This document shows positions 1 to 14,092 of a stretch of DNA of 64,000 bases, one piece after another (position 1 is the first letter of the stretch; every line of letters starts with the position of its first letter). The DNA lies in the NCBI GenBank assembly GCA_001724265.1, contig MEDY01000088.1:1-64000 (forward strand), given 5' to 3'. Below the pieces are notes generated by a model. It was not told the origin of the DNA, ran no database searches, and saw only the letters and a list, made by a program, of their open reading frames with translations. This stretch comes from Rhizaria sp. SCN 62-66. Lineage: Eukaryota. The translations under genes and the position numbers were made by a program.

Positions 1-228
1 CTTCTTACCGGTGTTGCGGCCGTGGAACATCATCGAGTTGACGAGGCGCTCGACGACGGGGCAGGACGCCTTGCGGAAGGCGCGCTTGGCGTAGCGGCCA
101 GCGGTGTGGGGAGCGTACACAGCGCGCTTCTTGATGGTGATGTAGTCCACGAGGGAAAGGTCGGGGACGGAGACATCGTCGAGGGAGAACTTGTTAAAGA
201 GGCGGACCTCGTTGGCAAACGTAGCCAT
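1..228 (-). CDS. RPS5: 40S ribosomal protein S5 (uS7), 5' part; runs off the window start
   Basis: Manual translation from ATG at 228: [76 protein letters not shown]. Contains the uS7 motifs PHTAGRY..K.FRKA.CP.VERL and HGRN.GKK. Not in the ORF track because it lacks a stop in the window. Confidence 0.97.
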   Translation of the reverse strand, partial: MATFANEVRLFNKFSLDDVSVPDLSLVDYITIKKRAVYAPHTAGRYAKRAFRKASCPVVERLVNSMMFHGRNTGKK

Positions 229-756
229 ACTAACCACTGTGACGAACGTAGCGACGAGAACAAAGTCATTGAATGTAAACATGAACAAGGTGAGCTCCAG
301 TCAAAAGCGGCCCAATGATGACGCGGTCCGTGGAACGCGTCAACGTCGTGCTAAGACACATGCAATATAGTATTGCATAGAATATAGCATATTATATTGT
401 GATAGTGGCATTGCATTCACAAAGATTTAGTATATGATTCGCTATGAGGATCGTTTAAACTTGCGCGACCTCGACGCGGTCAGTCAACCTCGACGATTTT
501 TGCGAACCTGCCACGACCACAAACACCACACAGCAACTGTCACTGTGTCACAATGCTAAAACAGTTCCAGTGGTCCAAAGCTATAGTGAGTGCAAATGGA
601 TTTTGGAACGGAGTCTTTAGTGTATTCAACTGATTTTATAATACAAAATCTGTACAATCGACCTTCGTATTCCTGGCCATACGAGACAGGAGCATATTGT
701 TCATTGTGAGTAGTTCATTGTGAGTAACGTGAGTGCAAGCTCCGCTCCTAGACATC

Positions 757-1944
757 TCAAGCAATGTCGATCGTGTTGACGCCCTTGAACTTCCTGACGG
801 CGCGCTCCGTGCTGCGGTAGCACAGGTGGTCGCCGTAGAGCATCCACAACCCCGACGAGGCCTCGGCCTGCAGCGCTGCGACTGCCTCCGTGGCCGCAAC
901 CCCGCCCAGTGCCGCCGTCGCTGCAGCGGCCACCGCCGCCGCGGCCGCGTCAGCGCCCGCCGCAGCGGCCAGCGTCCGAGCGCCCGGTGCGCGAGCGCCC
1001 GGTGCGGCCAGCGGGTCAAGGTGCGTGAGCGGAACGCCGAAGACGGCGCCGCGCTTGGGGATCGTGCGCACGCGCCCGTCGGCGCCGGCGACGCGGAGCG
1101 CCTCCTGCGTCTCGACCGCAACCAGCCCCTGCAGCCCCACGAGCGCGGGGCTCTTGCTGCGCAGCACGTGCACGTATGCGCCGTGCAGGTCCGCGCGCAG
1201 CAGCTTCGCGCCCGCGGGGCCCTGCGACGCCGCGGTGGCAGCCGCCGCCAGCGCCGCCGCCGCCGCAGGCGTCGCAGTGAACCCCGCCGTCGCAGAGGCG
1301 CCAGCGCTCGCACCAGCGGCGCCGCCGGTGGGGGCTGCGGAGGCGAGCGCGGTGGCGGACGCGGTGGCGGATGCGGCGGAGCGCAGGTGGTCGTCGCCGA
1401 CTGCGGCCGCGATGTACTTGCGCCAGAGCAGGTGCAGCGGCCACAAGCCTCCGAACGGGGCGGCCGCCAGGCCCGTCTGGGCGGTGGGAGCGGAGGTAGC
1501 AGCACGCGCAACAGCAAGTGAGGAGGCGTCGGTCTCTGCGCTTGCGTGTTGTTGCTTGCGGCCGCCCGCGAAGCGCGGCGCGGTCTCGGGCAGGTCGAGC
1601 GCGCGGGGTAGCACCGTGAGGCAGCGGCGCTTGCGCTCGCGGGCGGTCATGGCGTGCTTCGCGGCCGAGGCCGTCTGCGAGTGCAAGCGCTTGCGGCGGC
1701 GCTCGGCTGACTCCGCCTTGCGCGGCTCCGTAGCCAGGTAGACGGCCTTGTTGCGCACCTTGGCGTCGTAAACAGCGTCGGCGTCGGCGGTGTACGGAAG
1801 CAGCGTGGACAGGTGGCCGCGCACTGACGGCGCGGGCGCACGGAAGTGTGTGCTCACACCCGTCGCGGACTCGGAGGCCGTCAGCGGCTGGTAGATGGGC
1901 GACGTCAGGTCGCTGACAAGCGACGGAAGCCCTGCGTTGCTCAT
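757..1944 (-). CDS. POP4: RNase P/MRP subunit POP4/Rpp29, 395 aa with Ala-rich insertions
   Basis: PLHLLWRKYI, KLLRADLHGAYVHVLRSKSPALVGLQGLVAVET, RTIPKRGAVF and LYGDHLCYRSTERAVRKFK match Rpp29 family motifs; TGA stop. Confidence 0.9.
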   Translation of the reverse strand: MSNAGLPSLVSDLTSPIYQPLTASESATGVSTHFRAPAPSVRGHLSTLLPYTADADAVYDAKVRNKAVYLATEPRKAESAERRRKRLHSQTASAAKHAMTARERKRRCLTVLPRALDLPETAPRFAGGRKQQHASAETDASSLAVARAATSAPTAQTGLAAAPFGGLWPLHLLWRKYIAAAVGDDHLRSAASATASATALASAAPTGGAAGASAGASATAGFTATPAAAAALAAAATAASQGPAGAKLLRADLHGAYVHVLRSKSPALVGLQGLVAVETQEALRVAGADGRVRTIPKRGAVFGVPLTHLDPLAAPGARAPGARTLAAAAGADAAAAAVAAAATAALGGVAATEAVAALQAEASSGLWMLYGDHLCYRSTERAVRKFKGVNTIDIA

Positions 1945-2416
1945 TGTGTCAGTAGCTCGCGCTCCTGTTCAGTCCGATGCGTGTCCTTGAGTCTGTGAAA
2001 CGGGCTGAAGTGTCTTGGCTGAGAGGATGCAGTCGGAGGATGAAGGTGGCGGATTAGTTAAAACATAGAATGTTCACCGCAATGACCGTCAATAGCACAG
2101 CTCGTTAGATATCATGGCATATCTTGTATCAACGGCGTCTTTATAAAATAATTACATCGACTGTGTTTGTTTCTACATTGAATAACCTTTTGCTAACATC
2201 GCCGCCTCGCTGTCCGTGTCTTGCCTCTCGGACTGTAGCGCGCACTTTCGCTTTCCGCTGGAGAGTGTCGTATAACCTTGCATTAGAACGACAAGACCCA
2301 GTCTTGTGCAATTAATTGTGATTTATTTCATCTTCTGTAGTGCTATTGTGTCAAAGCATATCCTTTTACGCTAGAATAGCCCTCCCAGCAAAGTCTGCTG
2401 GCACCCCTAAGCCTGC

Positions 2417-5400
2417 ATGTCGCACCCCGCTGCACGCCTCGCTAAGGCAACCCCAAGGGTTGCGCATGCATTAGGTCATCTCCCACCTGTTACATCGACT
2501 GCGTATGGACCTGTGATGGCGCGCGGCTTGCTCGCAGCTGCCGATAACCGCTTGCTGCAGCGCTCTTGCGCCTCCACAGTTGCATCCTTGTCTGCCGTCG
2601 CATCCCAGCCTGTCGTCACGTCTTGTCCAGTGCGCGGATTTGCGCAGCGCCCATATCACCTACCGCAGCGCGGTGGCGATGCCGTGACCGCGCTGCCTGC
2701 GTGGGGCTCCCGCAGGCTTTCGGAGCTGTTCGAGCTGGCCCCGGACCGCGTGCCCGGCACTGTCGGCGGCTCTGCGCGGGGCTCTGAGCGTGGCTTCGCA
2801 CGCGACTCCGAGAGCGGCACCCAGCTCGGCCGCCGTCAGCGCGAGCACGACAACGAGGGGGCCGGTCGCGCGCGCCACGCGCGCCGCCGCGTCTTGAACC
2901 GCGCCGGCGCACATCTCGACGCCACGGCTCTCGACGCTGGCTCCACGGCGCCCGGCGCACAAAGTCGTTTGCATGCGCAGTCCCAGACGCACGCACACCC
3001 CCAGTCCTTGCCTCTGCGTGAGTAGGCGTTTGCGGAAGACTCGTCGCTGGCGGATGTCATGACCGAAGACGCGCTGTGCGCTGCGTACGTGCTGTCGCTG
3101 CACAACACAGCCGACAACGCGCGCAGCGGCGCGCTGACACAGACGCGGGCGCCCCGCGCGCGGCTCGGCGAATCGGCTGGCGCTGTGGCCGCGATCGGGG
3201 GCATCGGCGGCGGTGTCCACCTTGACTCTGGCGCGGTTGTGCAAAGCGAGGTGGCAGGGTTCACTTCGATAACGCAAGAGGACGCCAACGACTCGTACAG
3301 GCGCACGACAGTTCGCACACTTGGTAGCGCCCAAAACGTCATGCATGTACCCCATGCGAGCGGTTCCGTGGACGTTGTGCGTCATTCTCACACCGCCCAA
3401 ACTGAGCTCGCTGATGCGTCCCCTGTGTCATCTCAGACAGGGTCAGAGCGTCTGGCAGCCACCGATGCGACGAGCGATACGGTCAAGGCCGAGTCCGCGG
3501 CGCCTGCCAACCCGTGGGCCGGCACCGGCGTGGGCGCCAACGTCGACATCATCGGGCTGCTGGCCGCGTTCTCGCCGCCGCGGCCGTCCGCGCTCACGGT
3601 CACCGTCACGGCCAATAAGGCCAGTCCGCTGGCGCACCCGGTCCGGACCTACGCGATGCCCGCAAGCGCCGATGCCAGCAGCGACCCCGACGCGGGCGCT
3701 GGGGCGAGCCCTGTTGCGGCATGTGCTGGCGCGGTGACGGAGACCGAGCCAGCTTTCGGCGATGACCTGCTGCTCTCCAGTGGTGCCGAGTCTGCTGCGG
3801 CTGATGATACGGGCAATAGTGACGGCAATCGGTCCACGTCCGTGCCTGCGCCTCACACGGTCCAGAACGGCCATCCTGTGGCGTCAGATGTCTTGCTGCG
3901 GAGCCTGCTAAGCACGTTGCCCGACTCTCTCTTTGTAGCCTCTCAAACATCTGCATCCGCTAGCCCGGCCCCAGTGCTAGCGCCGCTCACTCCCCGCCTC
4001 TCCGCATTCGCAGCGTCGACTTACTGCTCCTACAGCGCGCACGCCGAGGCGCTGCTGCAGCACCCAACTCTGCGCGCGCAGGTCGCCACCGCCGTGGCCG
4101 CCACGCGCACCTACGTCTAGGACTAGTACGCCGCGCCGCTGACCGATGCGGCGAGCCCGTCCGCGTCTTGGCGCGACTGGGCCGCGCTCGTGCGCTACCG
4201 CAACGTGCAGCGCACACTGCGACGCGAGCTCGCGCCCCTGCTGTAGGAGCGCGCGCTGCGCGGGCTTGGAGTGGACGCGTATCCCGCGTTCGTGCTCACG
4301 GAGCAAGTCGGCGATGCGGGCGGCGCAGATGAGACCGCGCTCATCATGCTTCTGCACGATGCAGCGGCCGTGAATAATGTCATTATGAAAACCAACGATG
4401 TCAGTGACCACAGCTCTTCTAAATCTGAGCTGTCTGTGCTTGATAAGTTCTTCATGCGGGCCGAACACAAGGGTCGTTTGAAAGCGTTGAGTCACCCTTG
4501 GTTTGACAGTCCGTACACGCCTGATTACGGCAGCAACAATGCATGTGCTGATTACAGTTTCAATGATGCAAACACAACAGATGCTGATGTTAGCGCACAT
4601 CACTTTGCTCCTTTGGCTACTGTGGCTGCAACGCTGCGCATGAACGCGGCGCTACACGGCGCGACTCTGGTACCATTCGGCTCGACCACCACAGGTCTAG
4701 CGCCGCCTCAGTCGAAAGTCGTGCGCTTTGGTGGCTCTGACATCGATGTTGCCCTGCTCGGCTTGGGTCCACTTGGCGAAAGCGACGGCACGGTTGCCTT
4801 CTTCGGCTCGACCGACACCGCGCGCCACGTCTTCATGTTGCAGCGCATGGCTGAAGACCGTGTGCTGCTCAACGAGTTCGGCTATTCGTTCGCGTCGCGC
4901 CGCTACCGCGCCGCGCTCGAGACGCTGGACCCCAGTATCGTGCCCTTAGTCGCTAACGCGCTTACCAGTGCGGCGCCCACCGTGCACCAGCGCACCGTTG
5001 ACGCGACCGCGCCCGCTTTCACCAGCTTGATCAGTCGCGCCGCCGCCGGCTCGTCGAGCGCGCCACACATGGCGGTTGCACCGCCGACTCTGGCGTCGCT
5101 CGTCGTGCCGTCCGCTGCGGCCGCGCTATCCTACGACGCCGCGAGTGCGATGTTCCCGGCAGCGGACTGCGTGTATGGTCCTGTCGCCGCCGCAGAGGCG
5201 GCCGCGGCTGGTTCTCCTGACACTGCGCGACTGCGCGGCTCGCTCTTTGCTGAGGTTCGCGAGGCCGGCAATGGGGTGCACGAGGCACGACACCGTGCGC
5301 GTGCCTCCGGCAAGTCCTCGCCGCTCGACGTGGTCCCCACCGGGACACTCTCTGTCGCCGCAGTGGCTCCAGCTATTGCCGCATGGTATCGTGGAGTCGC

Positions 5401-6400
5401 CTGCGATCCATCAGTCGTGGCCGCTACTCCAGACTCTGTCAAATCTAGCACGGCATCGAAGGCTCCAGTAAGTGTTGCCACGAAGCTTTCGCTGTCGTCT
5501 GCGAAGCGTAATGTGAGTGTGCGTGTTGCGGGCGTACTCGCGGCAGCAGGGCTTCCCACTGAGGCCCTCACGCACGAGCGCATCCGCGTCCCCGTCGTTA
5601 AGGTATCCGTCTCTCGCTCGGTCCCGAAGTGTCCTTCGGCATCCTCGGAGTCTAAGGTCGGGACTGCGAATGACGCAGCGTCCGAAGCGGCTACAAAGCC
5701 GGAAGATAAGCATGCTGCTCCTGTCTGGCATCAGCCCTTCTCCGAGGCTGCGCGCGACAGCAGTCGCGTAGTCTGTGACATCTCGGTGAACAACTCGCTG
5801 GGCATTCTCAACTCGCGGCTGCTGCGCACGTACGCACGGTGCGACCCGCGGTTCCCGGTGTTGACGATGCTGGTGAAACAGTGGGCGCAAGCGAACTCGC
5901 TGCACGGTGCCCAGCACGGCCGGTTGTCAAGCTATGCGTGGGCGGTGTTGGTTCTCTTCTACCTGCAGACCGGTCCTGAGCACCCAGTGTTGCCGCGTCT
6001 GCAGGCTCTGACGCCGTTCCTGCCCGACGACACCTTCGCGCCTTTCCTGGTCAACGACATGGTGGTGGGCCTCTCGCGCCGCGACTGGGGCCCCATCGCG
6101 TCGCATTCGCTCAACAAGGACTCGATTGCCACGCTGCTCACGGGCTTCTTCACGTACTACGCGCGCTTTGACTTTGGCAGCTACGCGGTCTCGCCGCGTC
6201 TCGGCTGCGTGCTTCCTACTGGCTACAAGACGCGGTACGGCCACGCGCGTCCAGCCTCGCTGTACATCGAGGACCCGCTCGACGTGACGCATAACCTCGC
6301 GCGCCAATGCTCTCGGGACTTTGTATCCCAACTCTCGCGCGAGCTTTTCCGCGCTGCGCGTGTCATGGAACCAATCGAACCGAAGTACAGGCGTCAGTAA
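2417..6400 (+). CDS. Cid1/TUT-family terminal nucleotidyltransferase (probable uridylyltransferase), 1327 aa if four in-frame TAG are read as sense
   Basis: ORFs 2417-3025, 3059-4120 and 4271-6400 share one frame and are separated only by TAG (3023, 4118, 4124, 4244). Pol-beta NTase motifs PFGSTTTG..SDIDV, RVPVVK, CDISVNN, LVKQWA, LSSYAW and PAP-associated IEDPLDVTHNLAR; TAA stop. Confidence 0.85.
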
Positions 6401-6431
6401 GCACACGCCCGCTTGAACTTGAATGTGAAAG

Positions 6432-7521
6432 TTACTCCGTGTCCAAGAGAGCTAGTATGCGTCGAATGAGCTCTTGAACTGCGTCAGTGTCGGCAATGGT
6501 GTATGTCGCCTTTGTGTCCACGTCGTCGGCGCTGTCGACAACATGGTCTTCTTTTTGCTGACTGTTTCCGACAGCTGCTGTAACGTTCGCCCCTGACGCT
6601 GTGACCCTGACGCCGACGCCACTGTTGGTGTCTGCGAGCTGAGCAAAAGCATCCTCGTCCGTTACATCATCACCCACGTACACTCCAAACAGCACACAAC
6701 TACCGCAGCTTTCGACGTTGGCATTGTCTTGGTAGTGTATGGTTGGGGCGGTGCGCGCTGCAGCTGCATGTGCGAGAACTGCGGCAACGCCAGCGCCTTT
6801 ATGTGGACTCCTGCGCGCGCGGATCTCCCATACTTTTTTCCCTCGTGTCAACCGGAGAAGTGGGGCAAAATCACACCGTTCAGCCTCAGCGTGCACTGCG
6901 GCGGCCACTGCCGCAACCCCCGCTGCCGTGGGCACGTTGCGGTAGTGCACGGGGATACTAAAAATGTTGAACAGGATTATTTGGCAACAATTATGAGATG
7001 ATGGTGACGCGTGGCATGCAACAAACTTAAGCTTATGCTCGTGACAACTGGGCCTACCTGTGTGGCGCATTTTCGATCAAGCAGCCATCCACGCCCTGTA
7101 GCGCGTCCATCAGCCTTGTACGACACTGTGTCAATGCCTGCTTCAGTACATCATCTTCCCCCGCATCTTCAACCTCTGTACGCGGCAACAGCGTTGCGAG
7201 CGGGACACTCTCGTTGGCATGTGGGAGGCGGATTTCCGCGCCGTGGCTACCGACGAGGTATGCCTCTGGCACGGGCACAAACCGAGCCAGCACGGCACAG
7301 GAGCGTCCTGAAACAATCGCGAGCGGCACGCGTCCTGCGAGTGTGCGCAACAGCGGCAGCGCGGCTGCGGGCAGCGCGGCCGCTGCGGGGTCGGCGACGA
7401 TCGGCGCCAGCGTGCCGTCAAAGTCAAGCAATACGCACAGAGAATCTACGTGTGGTGCAAGAATCGCGTTGAACGCAGACCAGTGCTCAAGTGCGTCAGG
7501 CAGAGTTGACACAGGCTGCAT
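6432..7521 (-). CDS. Trehalose-6-phosphate phosphatase (HAD family), 2 exons (7521-7058, 6957-6432), 329 aa
   Basis: LLDFDGTLAPIV, AIVSGR, GSHGAEI, KKVWEIR, HKGAGV, YVGDDVTDEDAF. A 100-nt GTAGGC...TTTAG intron (7057-6958) joins ENAPHSIPVHYRNV in frame; TAA stop. Confidence 0.93.
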
Positions 7522-7995
7522 GGTGATGGTGTTATGCTGCGACTTGAAATCGAACAACGACGGAGAGCTAAATGAGTATTTATTAAATTATCATATTGTG
7601 TTACCTAGTACTTTCTTATAAACATATTGATTTTAAACATAGCCATCTTGAGTGCTTTCCGTTGACGTACTAAAATCGTGTGCTTCCGCTCGCTGTCGTC
7701 AGTCATGCAGGATAAATGAAGGGATGGAATGGGTATAGTGTTTCATCAAGTGAAATACATGGTGGATCGCCAAGTTTAATTGGTAGGACACATCATATTT
7801 CAACGTCATCTTGTTCAACTGACGCTATAATGAAGTACATGTACCGTGTATTAGTGTAACCGTTATGCTTGGTTGTGGCAGTGTGACGGAGGAGACGACG
7901 AAGGGCGAGATCGCCTAACTTTCGTCCGCTGGATCTTTAGAATTTGATCGTCAACAGCCGTGAAACGCAATTACCTGGATCAAACGCGTACGTTA

Positions 7996-10858
<2,863 letters not shown>

Positions 10859-11566
10859 GTGCGGCCTGGACACTTGTGCTCATAAGAGGATGTTAAATAG
10901 TGAACATGTGTTATATAATATTGGTGTCAACGGGATTTGACTGTTTTATCAACAAAATACGCGTCACTGTAGTGGATTCTATCAGAAGTCGATACGTGAC
11001 GCGTAACTCAAGCTCTTTGACAAATCGTGAATACACCTGCAAATTTATGTTTCGTCGCTAAAGACGTTCGTTTTTCCGTAATAAAGCATGATTTTGTACA
11101 GCATATCTTTGAGAAACAGATGCCTGGCTTGGTTGATGTGCATCTGTACTCGTCGTCATCAAGTTGGTGATAAACGCCGAAACCACGAACCATAGGGGTG
11201 TGATTGTTCTTTGGTGGCTGGTAAAATGCACACATTCAGACGCATCAAATGGACTAAGTGTCATAACGATGCACACGAAACATACGATTTTAGATGTATT
11301 GATGAACTGAAATGTGTGTGTTCTTATTATATAATCGGTGTCAAGCGTTGAACCAAATTAATCTGTCTTGGTGTGAACCCTGTTCAGCTACCCAAGATTC
11401 GTCAGCGCTCAACCTTCGTTTCAGTGCATAGCGCATGGATAACGTAGTCTGCCGATGTCGGTTCAACTGAAATAGGTTATCATTGTGCTGTGGTGCTGAT
11501 TTGTGTTGCTCAAATCTATTAGCTCATCTAAAACCCGTTGCGAACCTCGTTTCTTCTCGAGCAGAC

Positions 11567-13515
11567 ATGGCCACCCACCAGGGCACGCCGACGCACATTA
11601 ATCGCCAGATCCTGCCTGGCGCCGAGAAGTACTACTCGCGCCAGCTGGCGCTCTACGATCCAAAGGTTCTGAGCCAGCTGCGCATTGAGGACCACCCTGA
11701 GAAGGGTTTCGAGACTGTCAAGGTGTTCAAGATCGACAAGGTGCAGGACTTCATTCCTGACACCAAGTTCTACCCTAACGAGTTCAAGCGCACACGCGTG
11801 TCCCAGGTCCCACACTCGCGCCGCAGCCAGCCCTACTTCCGCTGGGTGCGCGACGACCAGGTCGTGATTGCCAACAACATCGTCGAGACGTTTGATGAGG
11901 CGAAGACGGCCGCCTTCAAGGACCACCTCGTGCCCTACACCTCGATGTTCCCCAAGCCCGCCGCCGCGGCCGCTGCCGCCACCGACAGCACTGACGGCAG
12001 CAGCAAGCCTGAGACGGTGTCCGCGATGCCCCCGCCGACGGTGGCGCCCGGGCGCACCGCGCTGGCGTTCCTGCAGGCTGGCCCGCGCGAGGTCATCCCC
12101 TGGCGCGACGGCGAGGTGCGCGCGGCCATCGTCACCTGCGGCGGCCTCTGCCCGGGCCTCAACAACGTCGTCCAGGAGCTCTTCTCCTCGCTGTACTACA
12201 ACTACGGCGTGGAGACGGTCTACGGCATCCGCTCCGGCTACCGCGGCTTCTGGCAGTCCGAGTACCAGCCCTGGCTGCGGCTGACGCCGGAGCTGACTCG
12301 CTCCATTCATGAGCTGGGCGGCTCCATCCTGGGCTCCTCGCGCGGCGGCTTCGACGTCACCAAGATCGTCAACGCGCTTGAGGTGTACGGCATCAACCAG
12401 CTGTACATCATCGGCGGCGACGGCACGCACCGCGGTGGCGGCGACATCCTCGCCGAGGCGCGCCGCCGCAAGCTCAAGCTCACCGTCGCCTGCATCCCCA
12501 AGACGATCGACAACGACGTGGGCATCATCGACCGCTCCTTTGGTTTTGACACGGCCGTGGCTGAGGCGCGCAAGGCCGTCTCCTCGGTTGTGCTCGAGGC
12601 CCAGTGCACGCGCAACGGCGTAGGAATCGTCAAGCTCATGGGCCGCCACGCCGGGTATATCGCCGCCCACGCCACGCTCGCCTCGCGCCAGGTATGTACA
12701 CAGCGTGGAAAACAACGAATTGATAGATATTGGATTGGTACTCGACACAAGTGCATGTATTCTAGATCTGCACATGATAACTCACTCGAACTCATCTCTT
12801 CCTCGGTCTTTCGTAACTTTCCTTGGCGTAGGTCGACGTGTGCCTGATCCCCGAGGTGCCGTTCCACTTGCATGGCGCGCACGGGCTGCTGCCGCACCTG
12901 GAGCGCGTGCTTAAGGCGCAGCACTCGGCCGTTGTCGTCGTCGCCGAGGGCGCGGGCGAGGACGTCATGGCGCGCGCTGCGCTGGCCGCGGGCGCTCAGG
13001 GCGCGGGCGAGGTGCAGCGCGACGCGTCGGGCAACGTCAAGCTGGGCGATATCGGCCACTTCCTGTCGGGCGCGGTCAGCGAATACTTTGCGGACCGCGG
13101 GCGCGGCGTGTCGGTCAAGTATGTCGACCCCAGCTACATGATCCGGTCCGTGCCGGCCGACGCCGAGGACGCAGTCTACTGCCTCTTCCTCGCCTCGCAC
13201 GCTGTGCACGGCGCCATGGCCGGGCTCACGGGCTTCTCCGTCGGGCTTGTCACGGGCCGCACCGTGTACCTGCCGCTCGAGGCCGTGGTCAAGGCGTCTC
13301 CGTCGTACATGAACCCGCGCGGTAGCACCTGGGAGCGCATCCTCAGCATGACTCATCAACCCAACTGGGGCGACCCGGACGTCTGTGAGGACGCCGCCGC
13401 CTCCGACGCCGCCGCGCTCGCCAGCGCCAACAAGAAGAAGGCAGCTGCGGCCGCAGCGGCGTCGGCGACCTCGGCCGTTAAGCCCATTGTGTACGACGGC
13501 AAGGCCAAGCTTTGA
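11567..13515 (+). CDS. PFK: 6-phosphofructokinase, group-X ATP-dependent type, 2 exons (11567-12691, 12832-13515), 602 aa, C-terminal -AKL
   Basis: AAIVTCGGLCPGLNNV, GGSILGSSRGG, IGGDGT, PKTIDND, FGFDTA, KLMGRHAGYIA, CLIPE, VVAEGAG, KYVDPSYMIRS. Intron 12692-12831 is GTATG...TAG; TGA stop. Confidence 0.96.
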
Positions 13516-14092
13516 AGCACGTGTAAATATACTTTGGTAACAGGGATTGAAAAAGTGGCTGACAGGACAGTGCGAACTGTGTGTTGTGCGGATAATACAT
13601 GCAATGGCCATATTGGATGTTGTGGGGCTTAATGATGTTCACGGCTTTTGGATACATAACTATTGATTTATATCGCGCTGTGACTTGAAACATCTCCGGC
13701 ACTGCAACGGATTTCTCCAACCTGCTCACGGTCACTTCCCACAGTCACTTTGCCTTCGACAGTGGGTTGAACGGAAATTGAACGCTTGAAGCGAGGAATC
13801 ACACGCCGGTCTTAACCTGTACATGCATAATTTTGTCTTTGCATTGATTTTGTATTGATATAATATATACTTAATCGCGAACACCCGAAGACGGTCATAA
13901 AATGTGTTTACAGCTTTCAGAAGCCTGACTAACTGGCCCACCAACAACCCAAACGCTCACCCCCAAAAACTGCTTTTGCTCATCGGACTCTGCACAGGCG
14001 ACTTTTTTTCTAGACCCGTTGGCTATTCAAACCACACTTCTACACGTAATTTTTATCCTCTTCGCTTCAGGAGAGCGTCCAACCTCTGGGCA

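Noticed and set aside
2417-6400. Pseudogene interpretation of the TAG-interrupted genes
   Set aside because: Only TAG occurs, never TAA, TGA or frameshifts, over about 15 kb of frame in three genes, and the catalytic motifs are intact.
7054-7056. TAG ending ORF 7054-7557 as a true stop or a sense UAG
   Set aside because: It is part of the intron donor GTAGGC; splicing restores the phosphatase motif.
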